A stretch of DNA of 62,963 nucleotides, counting the filler, from Octopus bimaculoides (Eukaryota): NCBI RefSeq assembly GCF_001194135.2. It is 9 parts of 8 records of this genome, joined end to end, with 100 filler letters (N's around TTAATTAATTAA, not from the genome) between each part and the next. Parts side by side here need not be neighbours in the genome. Positions count along the whole stretch, not along the records: positions 18,178 to 34,480 come from NC_068992.1; positions 34,581 to 42,728 come from NC_068983.1; 7 more parts are not named here. One strand, given 5' to 3'. The notes under the pieces are model-generated. The model saw only the letters and a list, made by a program, of their open reading frames with translations, had not been told where the DNA came from and searched no databases. This document shows, one piece after another, positions 24,068-35,849 of this stretch. The position numbers and the translations under genes are program-made. Numbering within the stretch: the first letter of the stretch is position 1; each line of letters opens with the position of its first letter.

Positions 24068-24489
24068 TGTAGACCCTGATATACGATCATTTGTGTATTC
24101 ATAATGCCGTAATGATATCAATATCAAATTAAGGTGTGAATTCTTCACAGTCAGGTATGGTTTCCTGCATCTTGCCAACTTCGATCGTTATTTAACTATG
24201 ATATGTTATTAGTTCACTTTTCCAAAATAAATGTGACAAATTTCGGCTACTTTTATGAACTTGACAATCAAAATGGCGTCTTACAGAAACAATAAGTAGC
24301 ATCTTGCAACTGTAGCTAACTGAGACAAATGATGATAAAATAGAACAGAAAGATCTTATTATGTTATAAAATTTTCGAGAATACAGAAAATGGAAGAATT
24401 ATAAGGGACAAAATGAGAAATTATCCCTAATTTCATCTTGAATCTTTTCAAATATGAACAAGTAATTCGATGGAAAGAACAATAGTTTT

Positions 24490-24660
24490 CTTATAAAGCT
24501 GTTATATAAAATCAATAGACGTGGATTATGTTGAAAGTAATGCAAAAGTGAGCACAACTCTTCTGCTTAAGTAACACAGGTCGTTAAACTTACGTTGATA
24601 GAGTAACTTTTTCTTTGTATAGAAATACTACTTACTAGTTTCTCGCGTTAATTCGCAGCA
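24490..24660 (+). mobile_element. Possible mariner 3' end fragment
   Basis: GATTATGTTGAAAGTAA resembles the DYVEK* terminus of mariner transposases. Confidence 0.35.
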
Positions 24661-24676
24661 CTTTCTTTTTCGGTCT

Positions 24677-24724
24677 CTGAGGCTGAAGAGAAGATAACCG
24701 TTCCGAAACGCACGCGTCCTACAG
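24677..24724 (+). ncRNA. Type I hammerhead ribozyme-like motif with canonical core
   Basis: CTGAAGA (24683-89), imperfect stem II, GAAA (24705-08), stem III ACGC/GCGT, GTC cleavage triplet (24716-18), stem I CTGAGG/CTACAG (5 of 6 pairs). Confidence 0.6.
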
Positions 24725-24869
24725 TCTGGGTAGGTGAGGCTGTGAGCTGACTCAGTGTATCTACACCCATTTGCCTATAGCGATAAATTGTCTCCATGAC
24801 AAAATACAGTGAATGGCTTTCTTATGTGTTCGAGTATGTCTCAAGCATACTCGAGCTGGTAACAAGTTG

Positions 24870-26045
24870 GTACTTAGCATTGTCTTCATCACAAGCGATG
24901 CATTTTCGCTACTGTCCAAATTAACTCCCGAATCGTTTAGAAAATATTCAGGTGTGAATTGTTTTAGCTACTCCTTCAGAGCCACTTGCACCTTGTCTCT
25001 GTTATAAAACCATTGTCTACCCAATTGTCCTTCCAAATCTGGACTGTACAGTGGATGGGAGGAACATTGAGCAGCCTAATTTTGGATGGGGTCCAGTTTT
25101 CCAATTGTCAGGTTTGTTGTCAAAGATGTGTTGGTGATGCATCCTAACGCTGAATGTAGATCATTTTCAGGCTTTTGACTTGCTTCTTCCTCCGTCTAGT
25201 CTTCCGAAACTTGATCAGTGTCTCAGTGTACCACGAGATATTCACAGTACTACCACATTCCAGAAGGTCAACGGAAATGATAGCATTACCACACACCATG
25301 ACCTTCGTACAGAATGTTGTGCCAAATCTGACCCTTCTTAGATTTGAAAATAATAATACCATAAATGTGATGCCATTCTATCATTGGAACTTCATTTTCA
25401 GATCATGAAGATACGATCCCCTGACAATATATCAGAAAAAACGTGACTTTCTTAATTTCGAATGCTTCCAGCAGATCAGAGCGAACTTCCAGCCTTTCTC
25501 TTTCAAGTTGGTGTCAACTAGCGAGGTACCCACTCTGCACACACTTCCACACTTTTCCATACCCCAAACCCTCCACCATCTTCTGTAAAGCATTGTGAAC
25601 ACAGTCCAATTGTGCATCAAACTCTCAGACTTAAATATGACTCGTCTGTCTGCACGAATCAAATTGTCCATTCCCTGGCTTTTCATGTCAATGGTCGCAG
25701 CTGATGCTCTCCAATCGCATCGTTTATCTTCTATGCTGGTTTTCTATTTTCTTAAGCAACTTGATGCACATCTGTTCAATGCATGTTTAAGTGGTTTCAT
25801 CACTGTAAACAACCCGTAGCCTTCTGTGGGTGTCAGATAGTCCACACACTTTCTTTGTCACAAATTCAATGACAGAAAGATACTTCAGTTTAGAACCAAT
25901 TATTTTCATACAACGAAGAACATGAAGAAGAGTTTCTGTCGCCGAAAAATTACTCTACGAAAATGGGCAATTTGTACGACTCACGCTACTTGAAAGAATG
26001 AGTTATGTCCACTTTTGCATTACTTTTTGGTACACACGCCTCTAC
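24870..26045 (-). mobile_element. Mariner transposase remnant
   Basis: NLIRADRRV, KVMVCG..IISVDLLECGSTVN, HPLYSPDL, KCIACDEDNAK in shifting frames; TIR-like AAAAAGTAATGCAAAAGTG near 26010-26030. Confidence 0.82.
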
Positions 26046-26254
26046 TTATTTCTAGTCTTCTTGAAATAGCAGGTGGAATGTGGATTTGTTTTTCATTTCT
26101 CCTTCCCCTTCTTTTCTTTTACCTTTTGTACCTTCCATTTTTCTATTAGTCTATCTAAATTTATATTTCTAAACAGAAAGAAAAGCACACACACGGATAC
26201 GTACATACATAATTCATGTATATGATATATGTATGTATGTATATATATATATAT

Positions 26255-26430
26255 GTACACATGGGGGAGAATGTACGAAAAAAAACAACGACACACGAGG
26301 ACAGGTGGTGTAAACAACAAAAGGATGTATTAGTATGACGCTCGGGAATACGGAAAGTCTTTAACGTTTCGAGCTACGCTCTTCAACAGAAAGAATACGG
26401 AGAAAACAAGGAGAAAAACACGGAGAAAAA
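26255..26430 (-). mobile_element. Penelope-like terminal repeat (family H) with hammerhead-like fold
   Basis: Minus strand TCTTT CTGTTGA A GAGC-GTA-GCTC GAAA CGTT AAAGA; homologous to 31505-31650. Confidence 0.55.
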
Positions 26431-26687
26431 AAAATTGAATGGTGTTTGGTCAACGACATACGCACACACACACACACATACACACAATTATAGGTATGTA
26501 TATATATATACGCACATCAAACACATACACTCACAAAACACATACATATATGTATATACATGCATACATATTTTTCCTTCTACATATCTGTGTGTTTGTG
26601 TGTATGTTAATATATCTGCTTGAGTGTGCGTGCTTGAGTGTGAACGAAGTTATATACTCGTTTCGGTATGTGTTTAGATATTGCTGT

Positions 26688-26730
26688 ATACATACATACA
26701 TACATACATACACACATACGTATGTATGTA

Positions 26731-26818
<88 letters not shown>

Positions 26819-26820
26819 AC
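26688..26820. repeat. (CATA)n/(TCTG)n/(TCTA)n compound tetranucleotide array
   Basis: Direct runs. Confidence 0.95.
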
Positions 26821-27049
26821 TATATCTATATATACACGTACAAGGATATATAGTTATTGATACGTACTTATCTATATCAATGCATGTATGTATATAAGTA
26901 TATATATATATATACACACAAAGGAAATGAGCATGTTTTTAGAGCTGTTTGTGATGAAAAACATTTGATCGAAACAATTGCCCAAAGTAAGTTTTATGTA
27001 AGTTAATTTAATGTCAGAGAAATATTGTAGATTCTTATAAGTTTGTTTT

Positions 27050-27872
27050 GTGAAGAAATAGACAGAGAAAAATCCCAGCAATGGCTGAGAAGCTCAGGAC
27101 TCAAAGCAGAGACTGAAGGATTTTTAATTGCTGCACAAGACCAGAGCCTCCCCACCAGAAATTACCAAAAACACATAATGAAAAGAAATATAACAAGTAA
27201 CTGTAGAATATGTGGAGATGGACAAGAAACAATAAATCATATTATCTCTGGCTGCCCAGTCCTGGCTAAGAAGGAATATATTCACAGACACGACAGAGCT
27301 GGGACCTATATACACTGGAAGCTATGCCAACACTATGAAATAACAACAGAAAAAGATGGTATAAACACNNNNNNNNNNNNNNNNNNNNNNNNNNNNNNNN
27401 NNNNNNNNNNNNNNNNNNNNNNNNNNNNNNNNNNNNNNNNNNNNNNNNNNNNNNNNNNNNNNNNNNNNNNNNNNNNNNNNNNNNNNNNNNNNNNNNNNNN
27501 NNNNNNNNNNNNNNNNNNNNNNNNNNNNNNNNNNNNNNNNNNNNNNNNNNNNNNNNNNNNNNNNNNNNNNNNNNNNNNNNNNNNNNNNNNNNNNNNNNNN
27601 NNNNNNNNNNNNNNNNNNNNNNNNNNNNNNNNNNNNNNNNNNNNNNNNNNNNNNNNNNNNNNNNAGACAAATACATAACAAAAACACCAGGACTTACAAA
27701 TATATATAACATACAGAAAAATGCACTACTGGGTACTGCACACATTCTACGCAAAACACTTTCAATACAGTAAACATAAGAGCACCACAGCAAACCACAG
27801 CACATACCCAAGGCGCACAGAGCTGCGCTCGGTAGTGAAGTGAAAGCACGTTATAAAAATAAAACTACTGAA
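27050..27872 (+). mobile_element. Dong/R4-like retrotransposon 3' part ending in (TAA)n
   Basis: LKAETEGFLIAAQDQSLPTRNY, CRICG..ETINHIISGCP.LA..EY.HRHD zinc knuckle, IQKNALLGTAHILRKTLSIQ* (stop 27771-73), about 100-bp 3' UTR, then (AAT)n. Confidence 0.93.
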
Positions 27873-27926
27873 CAATAATAATAATAATAACAATAATAAT
27901 AATAATAATAACAATAATAATAATAG

Positions 27927-28138
27927 TTTCAAATTTTGCTACGAGGGCAGCAGTTTTCGGGGATGGAATGAGTCGATTATATCGACACCAGTATTCAGCT
28001 GGTACTTATTTTATTGACCCTGAAAGGGCGAAAGGCAAAGTCGACCTCGGCGGAATTTGAACTCAGAACGGAGCGACGAGCGAAATACCGCTGAGCATTT
28101 CGTCCAGCGTGCTAACAATTCAGCCAGTTCACCGCGTT
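27927..28138 (-). mobile_element. SINE family A, tail variant 2
   Basis: Head and core as family A; 3' end GCCCTCGTAGCAAAATTTGAAA. Confidence 0.9.
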
Positions 28139-28156
28139 AACAACAACAACAACAAC

Positions 28157-28695
28157 AATGCCTTGATGCAATACCAAGCGCTGGCTCTCATGGCTTCTGA
28201 TCTTAACTGATTGAAAATGTTATCATGTCCATGTTTTGTCTTGATATAAATGATAGGCTGCAGCAAATATTTTGCTCAATGCCACAGATTTGCTTGTCAG
28301 TTGACCTTATCCAGTTGAGCATGTCCCTTAGTGGATGATCATATGTGCATCTCTGATCACGAGCAGAAGTAGTAGAGGAGCTTTGCAACCATGTGTTGAG
28401 AGGAAGTCTTTGGTGTATGAATAATTCACCTCTAGAAACATGGGTGTTTCGTTCAACGTCATTAAACAACGTTTATTCAGGGACCTTTTGAGCAGGATGG
28501 GCTACTCAATCTGAAGAAAATTCTAACTGGGCCCCACCTGCAAGGTCATGCGGTGTTTATCTTGATATGAGATTACCATGTCACGCACATATGGTTGTGA
28601 TGCATGTGCCAGACGAGTAGTCATGATGGGTATATTGGACTGCGTATATTTTACCCCAGTGTTACTTTGATGGCATGCACTGCTTCTCTCTCTAG
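28157..28695. mobile_element. Non-coding probable interspersed element between trinucleotide repeats
   Basis: About 540 bp of complex sequence bounded by (AAC)n and (GAT)n/(AAT)n; no long ORF; repeat status inferred, single copy in window. Confidence 0.4.
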
Positions 28696-28716
28696 ATGAT
28701 GATGATGATGATGATG

Positions 28717-28764
<48 letters not shown>

Positions 28765-28799
28765 GTAATGTAAAGAGGGAGAGAGAGTGATTGATGATG

Positions 28800-30540
28800 T
28801 GTACATTGAGAATTTGAATGAAAACGAAGAAGCGGAAGAAACAAAAACTGATTCTCAAAAGATTATTGAGAACCTGGATTCAATAAAACTCCAATAAATC
28901 TTTGGAATATAGAAAAAAAGTCGTGTAGCAAGTGAAACAGCAAATGTAAGCCATGTAATGAAGTATATAAAAATTAATGGTATCACCGACTTTAGAAAGT
29001 TAATTACCGCTGCAGGTTTTCTGGTTGGTGAACGATTAAGTATCAAACAAACAGAAAGGAAGAAATGGAAGGAACCCTGGTGGAAGAGAAGATTCGAAGG
29101 TGACATAACTCAGCTCAGAAAATATCTAGATAAAATGGATGCATGGCATAGAGGAAAATTGGAAAAGCCAAATTAGGGGAGAAACGATGCATGGAAACGT
29201 GACATTAAATAAAGTTGCGAGATTTGAGTGGAGGGATTGAAGAAGTGAAACGGCGAATCAAGGCAAAATTAAATCGGATTAGGAGCTTTACAAGTAGACA
29301 ACCNNNNNNNNNNAAACACACAAATAGAACAGACTGTTCTCTACGAACCAGATGTTCTTTAGAAGATTGTTAAGGGAAAAAATGCAAATGCTATGCTGAA
29401 AGCTGAAGAATCCGCACAATTTTGGTCAAATATATGGGGCGATTGCAAAAGGTCAATATGGGGCGATTGCAAAAGGATGAAGAAATGAAGTTGAGGATAA
29501 GTTATCTAATGTACTAAAACAGAGATGAGAAATAGTTTCATAGGAAGACGTCTCAGTACATGTTAGAAAAATGCTGAACTGGAAAACTCCTGAACCGAAT
29601 GGTTTCTGGTTGAAAAGATTTAAAAGTGTTCATTCAAGACTAGGGAGGCACCTAAATGATTGTGTAGTACAGGGGAAAGTTCCAAGTCTGATGGTTGAAT
29701 GGAAGATAACTTTGATAAAATGAAGGATCCCTTAGTTGGAAAGTACAGGGCGATTGCGAGCTCGAATTTGTTATGGAAGATGTTGACAGGCATCTTTGCT
29801 GCAAAAGTGTATGATCACTTGCTTCAGAATGAGATACTACCTATCAAGCAGAAAGGATATAGAAAAATCTTTTTGGGAACCAAGGGCCATTTTGTTAAGG
29901 ACAAGGCAATCATGAATGATTGCAAAAGACGGCAAAAGAATCTCTGCATGATTTGGATAGACTTGAAGAAAGCCCTTGAAATGGTTTCACATACGTGGGT
30001 ACAGAAATGCTTTAAAATTATGGAGTAGAAGATTGTATTATTAAAGAAATCGAGTCTAGCATGCTTCTGTGGAAGACAAACTTGTGTGCAAGAAACACAC
30101 ATCTAGGAGTGGTCAACATGAGAAGAAAAATATTCGGAGATTGTCACCATTGCCGTTTGTGATCACCATTATCGATGATTTTACGGTAGACAGTTATTGG
30201 CTATCAAACTGAAAACAGATCAATCATCCTCAGATCAATCATTTACTTTCCATGGATGATTTGGCAAGAATGAATCACAGTTTAATTCACTGATCAGAAC
30301 TGTTCATTAGTGCCGTAATGACATTGGGACGGAGTTTGGTACTGCAAAGTGTGTCACACTGACCATGAAGAGAGGTAGGCGTGTATATAGTAGAGGATTT
30401 GAATTGCCTGATGGAGAGTCAATTGGTGAACTCCGAGGGTTGTAGGTATAAATATCTGGGCATTTTGGAGATGGAAAAAGTTCTGAAGAAGGAAGGAAAT
30501 GTGAAGTAAATCTATGTAAATAGGTTAAGACAGTGAGGAT
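28800..30540 (+). mobile_element. Old Dong/R4-like retrotransposon, N-terminal and RT region
   Basis: EPWWKRRFEGDITQLRK, AEESAQFWSNIWG, LLWKMLTGI, QKGYRK, IWIDLKKALEMVSHTWV; many stops and frameshifts. Confidence 0.85.
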
Positions 30541-31256
30541 GTTTATAGACACATTTTACACAGAGTACCGTATATCTTTGTAGCAATTCTCTCGTCACTA
30601 CTACAGTAAGTACCGTGAAGCCTATGTTTCAATGATGAAGAGATTTAATAACAGTGAAACATTTTCAGATTTCTCTACCCTATGAGTAGAAAACGGTTAA
30701 AATAATTTTAGTCATTTCAGAAATGTCTTTACTTCACTAAATTGATATTTCTAATTAGATTTCTGGTGTTTATCATATCAAATATGTTAACACTGATCCA
30801 ACTATTAATAAAATCAATGTGAGCTCTCTATTTCACCCGTCCAACTGATAAGGTGGATAAGAATTTAGTTTATGTGTTTTGATGAAATATTTAATTTAGA
30901 TTTATATATGCCAAGTTGTTTTAAAGGTAGTTACTGATATTTTATATATAAACAAACTTACGGAACTGACGCACACGTACATATATACGTGTACAGATAC
31001 ATGACTTGCAAACATAACTGTATTACGAGTTCAGCAATGTTTCGTCAAGTTTCTCTAGTTTACAGATATCTTAATTTCATCGTGTTATTCTATATATACA
31101 TACGTAAACACACACACACACACACACATACACACACACACACATACAAACACACACAAGTACGCACGCACAAACACATACGCACATACATACATACATA
31201 CGCACATACATACATACATACATACATACATACATACATACGTACACACATACATA

Positions 31257-31350
31257 GCTTTTACTTGTTTCAGTCATTAGACTGCGGTCATACTGGGATA
31301 CAACCTTGAAGAATATTTAATCGAATGAATAGACCCCATTACTTATTTCT
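31257..31350 (-). mobile_element. SINE family C, 3' tail fragment
   Basis: TTTTACTTGTTTCAGTCATTAGACTGCGG. Confidence 0.75.
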
Positions 31351-31504
31351 TTTAAAACTCTTTCACTCCGAGATGAAAGCGCTAATAAAGTATTCTCCGA
31401 AATTCCGACTACCACCTTTTTCTTAATGTGTATATATNNNNNNNNNNNNNNNNNNNNNNNNNNNNNNNNNNNNNNNNNNNNNNNNTATATATATATATAT
31501 ATAT

Positions 31505-31650
31505 GTTTATTTCGTAATGTTCCTTTCTGTTCAAGAGCGTAGGCTCGAAACGTAAAAGACTTTCTCACCTTCTCTAGTGTTAAATTAATATACTGTTTGT
31601 TGTTTATACACCTGTCTTCGTCTTTTGTTTTTCTGTAAATTTCAACTATA
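31505..31650 (+). mobile_element. Penelope-like terminal repeat (family H), second copy
   Basis: CTTT CTGTTCA A GAGC-GTAG-GCTC GAAA CGTA AAAG; downstream TTGTTGTTTA.AC..CCTGTC.TCGT matches the 26.3 kb copy. Confidence 0.55.
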
Positions 31651-32719
31651 TATTCATATTTATATTAAGAAACAACACGTTGTAATCAGGAAACTATATT
31701 TCACGTTGACAACACACTTTAACGATACAGTAAAGACATCAGAACGTTGTAGCACAGAGATCCGTTCTTCACCTGCTTTGATTTTAACTTATACCTTTAG
31801 AATTTAAGGACCGAAACACTTGCCTCAGAGGAGTGGTTTCTTCTCTGAAGACCTGCTCTTCAGCTCTCTTGAGAGTTTCTTACCACTCTAATCCGGATTT
31901 TCATTAATCCGAATGATGTCGCACGAAGATCTGTCGTTTATCTATTTCTATTTTAAGCTTTAATACAAACTCTTCGCAAATGCACAACACATATACGCAG
32001 CCTAGGTACGTAGATAACATGACTATCAAATATATTCATCATTATTCAGACGTACCAACTGAAACTTTAATCATTTAACTCTTCAACAAACTTAAATTAA
32101 TCCCCTGCCAAACACACCGTCTCCTGTTTTACTCGTAATAATCAACAATATCTAATATAACAAAATATAAAGAAAAATAAAATATATGAATCCGGCATTA
32201 GTTTCAACGATGAATATTAGTTTATTGGTTTCAACAGATCAGTTTACGAATATGAAATTTCCTTTCCATTCGTAACGTAAATTGCTCTACTATCCGTGGT
32301 TAGAACATAGTTCTAGCTAGAAATGCAAAACTTTAAGTTAAATCTAGTCGTAGTCACTCTGCCACTTCAATGTCGATATGAAGAGTGAATTTCCACCGGG
32401 GAAAAGATAACAACAAAAACAATGAACATTCCAACTATTCAGCCAAGTAAACCAACATTCATTGAATTAACCTGTGAATATTCCGCAGGCACTTGTGTCC
32501 TTTGGAAATCTACGCTGAAATAAATTGACATGGAGTATGCCAAGCAGCTCTTTGGAAAAACAAGTTAAGTCCATCCGAAGGCTCTGCGAGACTTAATTTC
32601 TATCACAAATCTTGAACCCTTGTACATGGTCAATAAACTTGCCCCAAATTCCATTGGGACTTCATGATTACAGAACAAAATTCATAATCAGTCAATAAAC
32701 AAAACCTTTCGAGCGATCC

Positions 32720-32930
32720 AATGAAGGGACGTCTATGCGGTCGCGTTATCTGTCAGAAATAAGAGTCCAATACCCCTCACACTAAACTTTGCAATCTTAA
32801 AAGTAAGCATATACATAGGATAATATTTTAAAAACTCCCCTCAAAAAATTGGATGGTCATAGCTGGAATGCTTCTGATTTTGGATTTGCTTCATCAATGT
32901 TGACCTAGAGCTAAGGATCAACTACTACTA
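32720..32930 (-). mobile_element. Family D repeat, degenerate
   Basis: Weak similarity to the GAGATTTGGC.GCTATTTCTA.CAGGTC motif seen at 55505 and 62770. Confidence 0.35.
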
Positions 32931-33119
32931 CGACGACGACAACGACCTTAAAACCATTCCCTGTATTCACTGTCGTCTTCCAGACCAAACTACTTCAGAA
33001 ACTCCACAATGATTTCTAATTATCCACTACACTGTATGACCATTCCAATAAGTACTTCATAAACAATTGCAGAAGCCACTTCATAAAACACTTCAGCGAT
33101 CTATTTATTAACTTTTCAA

Positions 33120-33800
33120 AAGTCCTTCACAACTAACTCAAAGGTGACTGACAAGGCCAGTACAGCACAAGCATGCTCGATTGCAGCAGCTGCAACAGAA
33201 ATTCTGTTTTGGGTGCGGTATTCTGTCACACGTTCTTCTCAATTTGTTCTTGTTACCTAGGATATTTCAGTGCAAGGTCTTAAAAGAAGAAACAGACTGG
33301 TGAATAATGTGTCCCCAGCCTCACAGATGGAGATTATATTAGATCATAGGTTCTCAAAGTGGGCGCTATCGCTCCCCGGTGGGCGTTGAGAGGGTCCAGG
33401 TGGGCACTGGTGTCTAAGGGGGTGATGCAGGTGGAGGGGGCCATAGAGAAGAAGGAGGCATTGGGAGGAAAGCAGTGGATTGGGTGACGCTATGAATTTA
33501 TAATATTATATTATTGTATACAAATTATATAATATTGTATTAAATATCAAATCATTCATATTATATATAAATTAGTAAAATGTAAAATATTTATTTATAC
33601 ATAAAAATAGGGGTGGGGACACTGAGGGTATTATGTGGCCATGTATGTGTATGTGTTTGAGAACCTCTGTATTAGATGATTGGTGGCGGCCAGTGTAACA
33701 AGCAACAGGGTATTTCTTCAGAGTCTTCTTGAACCTTTTTGTTGGTGTCCTGTCACAATGGGCAATAGAGATCACCAAAGGGCAGAACCTGTTATGGCAT
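33120..33800 (-). mobile_element. RTE-BovB-like LINE 3' remnant, split by a hAT MITE
   Basis: KRFKKTLKKYPVAC and terminal FCCSCCNRACLCCTGLVSHL finger-like motif. Confidence 0.65.
33345..33669. mobile_element. hAT (Charlie-like) MITE
   Basis: TIRs CATAGGTTCTCAAA / TTTGAGAACCTCTG; perfect 8-bp TSD TATTAGAT at 33337-33344 and 33670-33677. Confidence 0.92.
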
Positions 33801-34299
33801 TAACGAATAGACATATATGATAGAAAAAATATCCACCAACAAATTAATCAACCACTAACCATTCAGAACAATTGTCAGAAATCTGATTGATGAATCATAA
33901 CTCATGTAACCACCAGTGAACCATTAATCACCCCATTGGAGCAATCCCCTCACCTTGTTTTTAGCCAACGAGACTAATAACCCATTAACCCGGTTGTCGG
34001 CTTACAAAATCCCTCAACAGTTAGACATACAAATGTCCATCAACACGACTAACACTCTAGTCTATCTATTAACTAAATAGAAAATCAGTTTACAAAAAAA
34101 TCCCCACACTCACCTTCCACAACCACGCCACATATCATACACACATCAACAGTATTGATCCATTCAACAGCGAAGCTATTACAGAACAGGCAAGCGAATA
34201 CATTTTCATTAGTACAAGTGTTTTATAAATATCATTCACTTAACTAATACATATGTAGTTTGACGCGTGCTTTGTATATTATAGTATGGGTGTATATGT

Positions 34300-34443
34300 G
34301 TGTCTGTGTTTGTATTTGCGAGCTTGTATGTGCTGGTTTGTTTATGGCCTCGTAACTTAAAAGTTCGACAAAAGTATCCGACAGAATAAGTACCAGGTTT
34401 AAAGAAATAAATACGTACTACAATGCGTGAAACAGTAAAAGGT

Positions 34444-34445
<2 letters not shown>
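34300..34445 (+). mobile_element. SINE family C, degenerate 3' half
   Basis: GTAACTT...CGACAGAATAAGTACCAGG...GAAACAGTAAAAG. Confidence 0.6.
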
Positions 34446-34480
<35 letters not shown>

Positions 34481-34625
34481 NNNNNNNNNNNNNNNNNNNN
34501 NNNNNNNNNNNNNNNNNNNNNNNNTTAATTAATTAANNNNNNNNNNNNNNNNNNNNNNNNNNNNNNNNNNNNNNNNNNNNATATATATATACATACATAT
34601 ATATGTGTGTGTGCATGTATGTATG

Positions 34626-34676
<51 letters not shown>

Positions 34677-35571
34677 CATATATACTATATATATACTTTC
34701 GCACCCACTCTTAAACATGTAAATATGTTTATAAGATACAGATGAAGAGATACCAAGTTACTTTTATTGTACATACATGTATATTCTATGAAATAAAAAA
34801 AAATTGCCAATTGAAATCTAATGCCGTGTCTATCATTTGAGAGCATTATAAATCTAAAAGCCGAATATGGTAATTAATAAGACAGCAAAACAACAAACTA
34901 TGTCATTATGAACGACTGTTCTTTCATTTTTACAAACTGTCCACTTCGTACACACTTAGGCATACAATAATAAAACAATAGCAGTATTAGTAGCAGGACC
35001 AGTAGCAGTAGTTGTAGTAGCAGCAGCGAGCGAGCGAGATAGCGGCGGTGGTGGTCGTATTCAAAGGAAGAGGAGGAAGTAAGCAGATGGATGTGAGAGA
35101 GTATCATTGGTTTGGATTATGAAGCGTGTATCAGCGTGTAAAGATTTAAGTAAAGAATAATAATAAAAAATATATTGCGGGGATGAGGCTAATAAGGATG
35201 GTAATACTACTAATAATAATGTAATTTTAAATTTTGGTAACAAGTCAGAAAATTTGAGAAGTATAGGTATTTATTTCAGTGGCCTAGGAATGAAATTTGC
35301 TTAGGGCTTACAAACTCAGGTCCAATTTTTTTTACAAAGAAGGCCAAAATTTTGTCACTCCTAATATCAAATCAAACACAGGTATAAAAATATGTTTTAT
35401 TATTACATAAAGAAAAGTAACGCTTCAAATAACTGCAAAAAATTGTCTATACTCGCTCGTTTTGGTGGTGACGTTTTCAGAGCATGTTCCAAGTGTTTTC
35501 TCCTTAACTATTTCTCTCCAATGACGAAATAGTTGGCTAACACAGAAATCTTTACTGAATGAAATATCATA

Positions 35572-35803
35572 TTTATTTCCTTATTGCCCACAGGGGGCTA
35601 AATATAGGGGGACAAAGAAGGACAGACAAAGGGTTTAAGCCGACTACATCGAATCCAGTGCGTAACTGGTACCTGTTTAATCGACCCCGATAAGGTGAAA
35701 GGCAAAGTCGACATCGGCGGAATTTGAACTCAGAACGTAATGACAGATAAAATACCGTTAAGCATTTCGCCCGGCGCGCTAATGATTCTGCCAGCTCGCC
35801 GCC
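35572..35803 (-). mobile_element. SINE family A, tail variant 3
   Basis: Head GGCGGCGAGCTGGCAGAATC and family A core; distinct 3' end CCCTTTGTCTGTCC...CCCCCTGTGGGCAATAAGGAAATAAA. Confidence 0.9.
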
Positions 35804-35849
35804 ATTCAGCCATATCATATTGTGTAAGTGATCGGATTAATGCCGTCAC

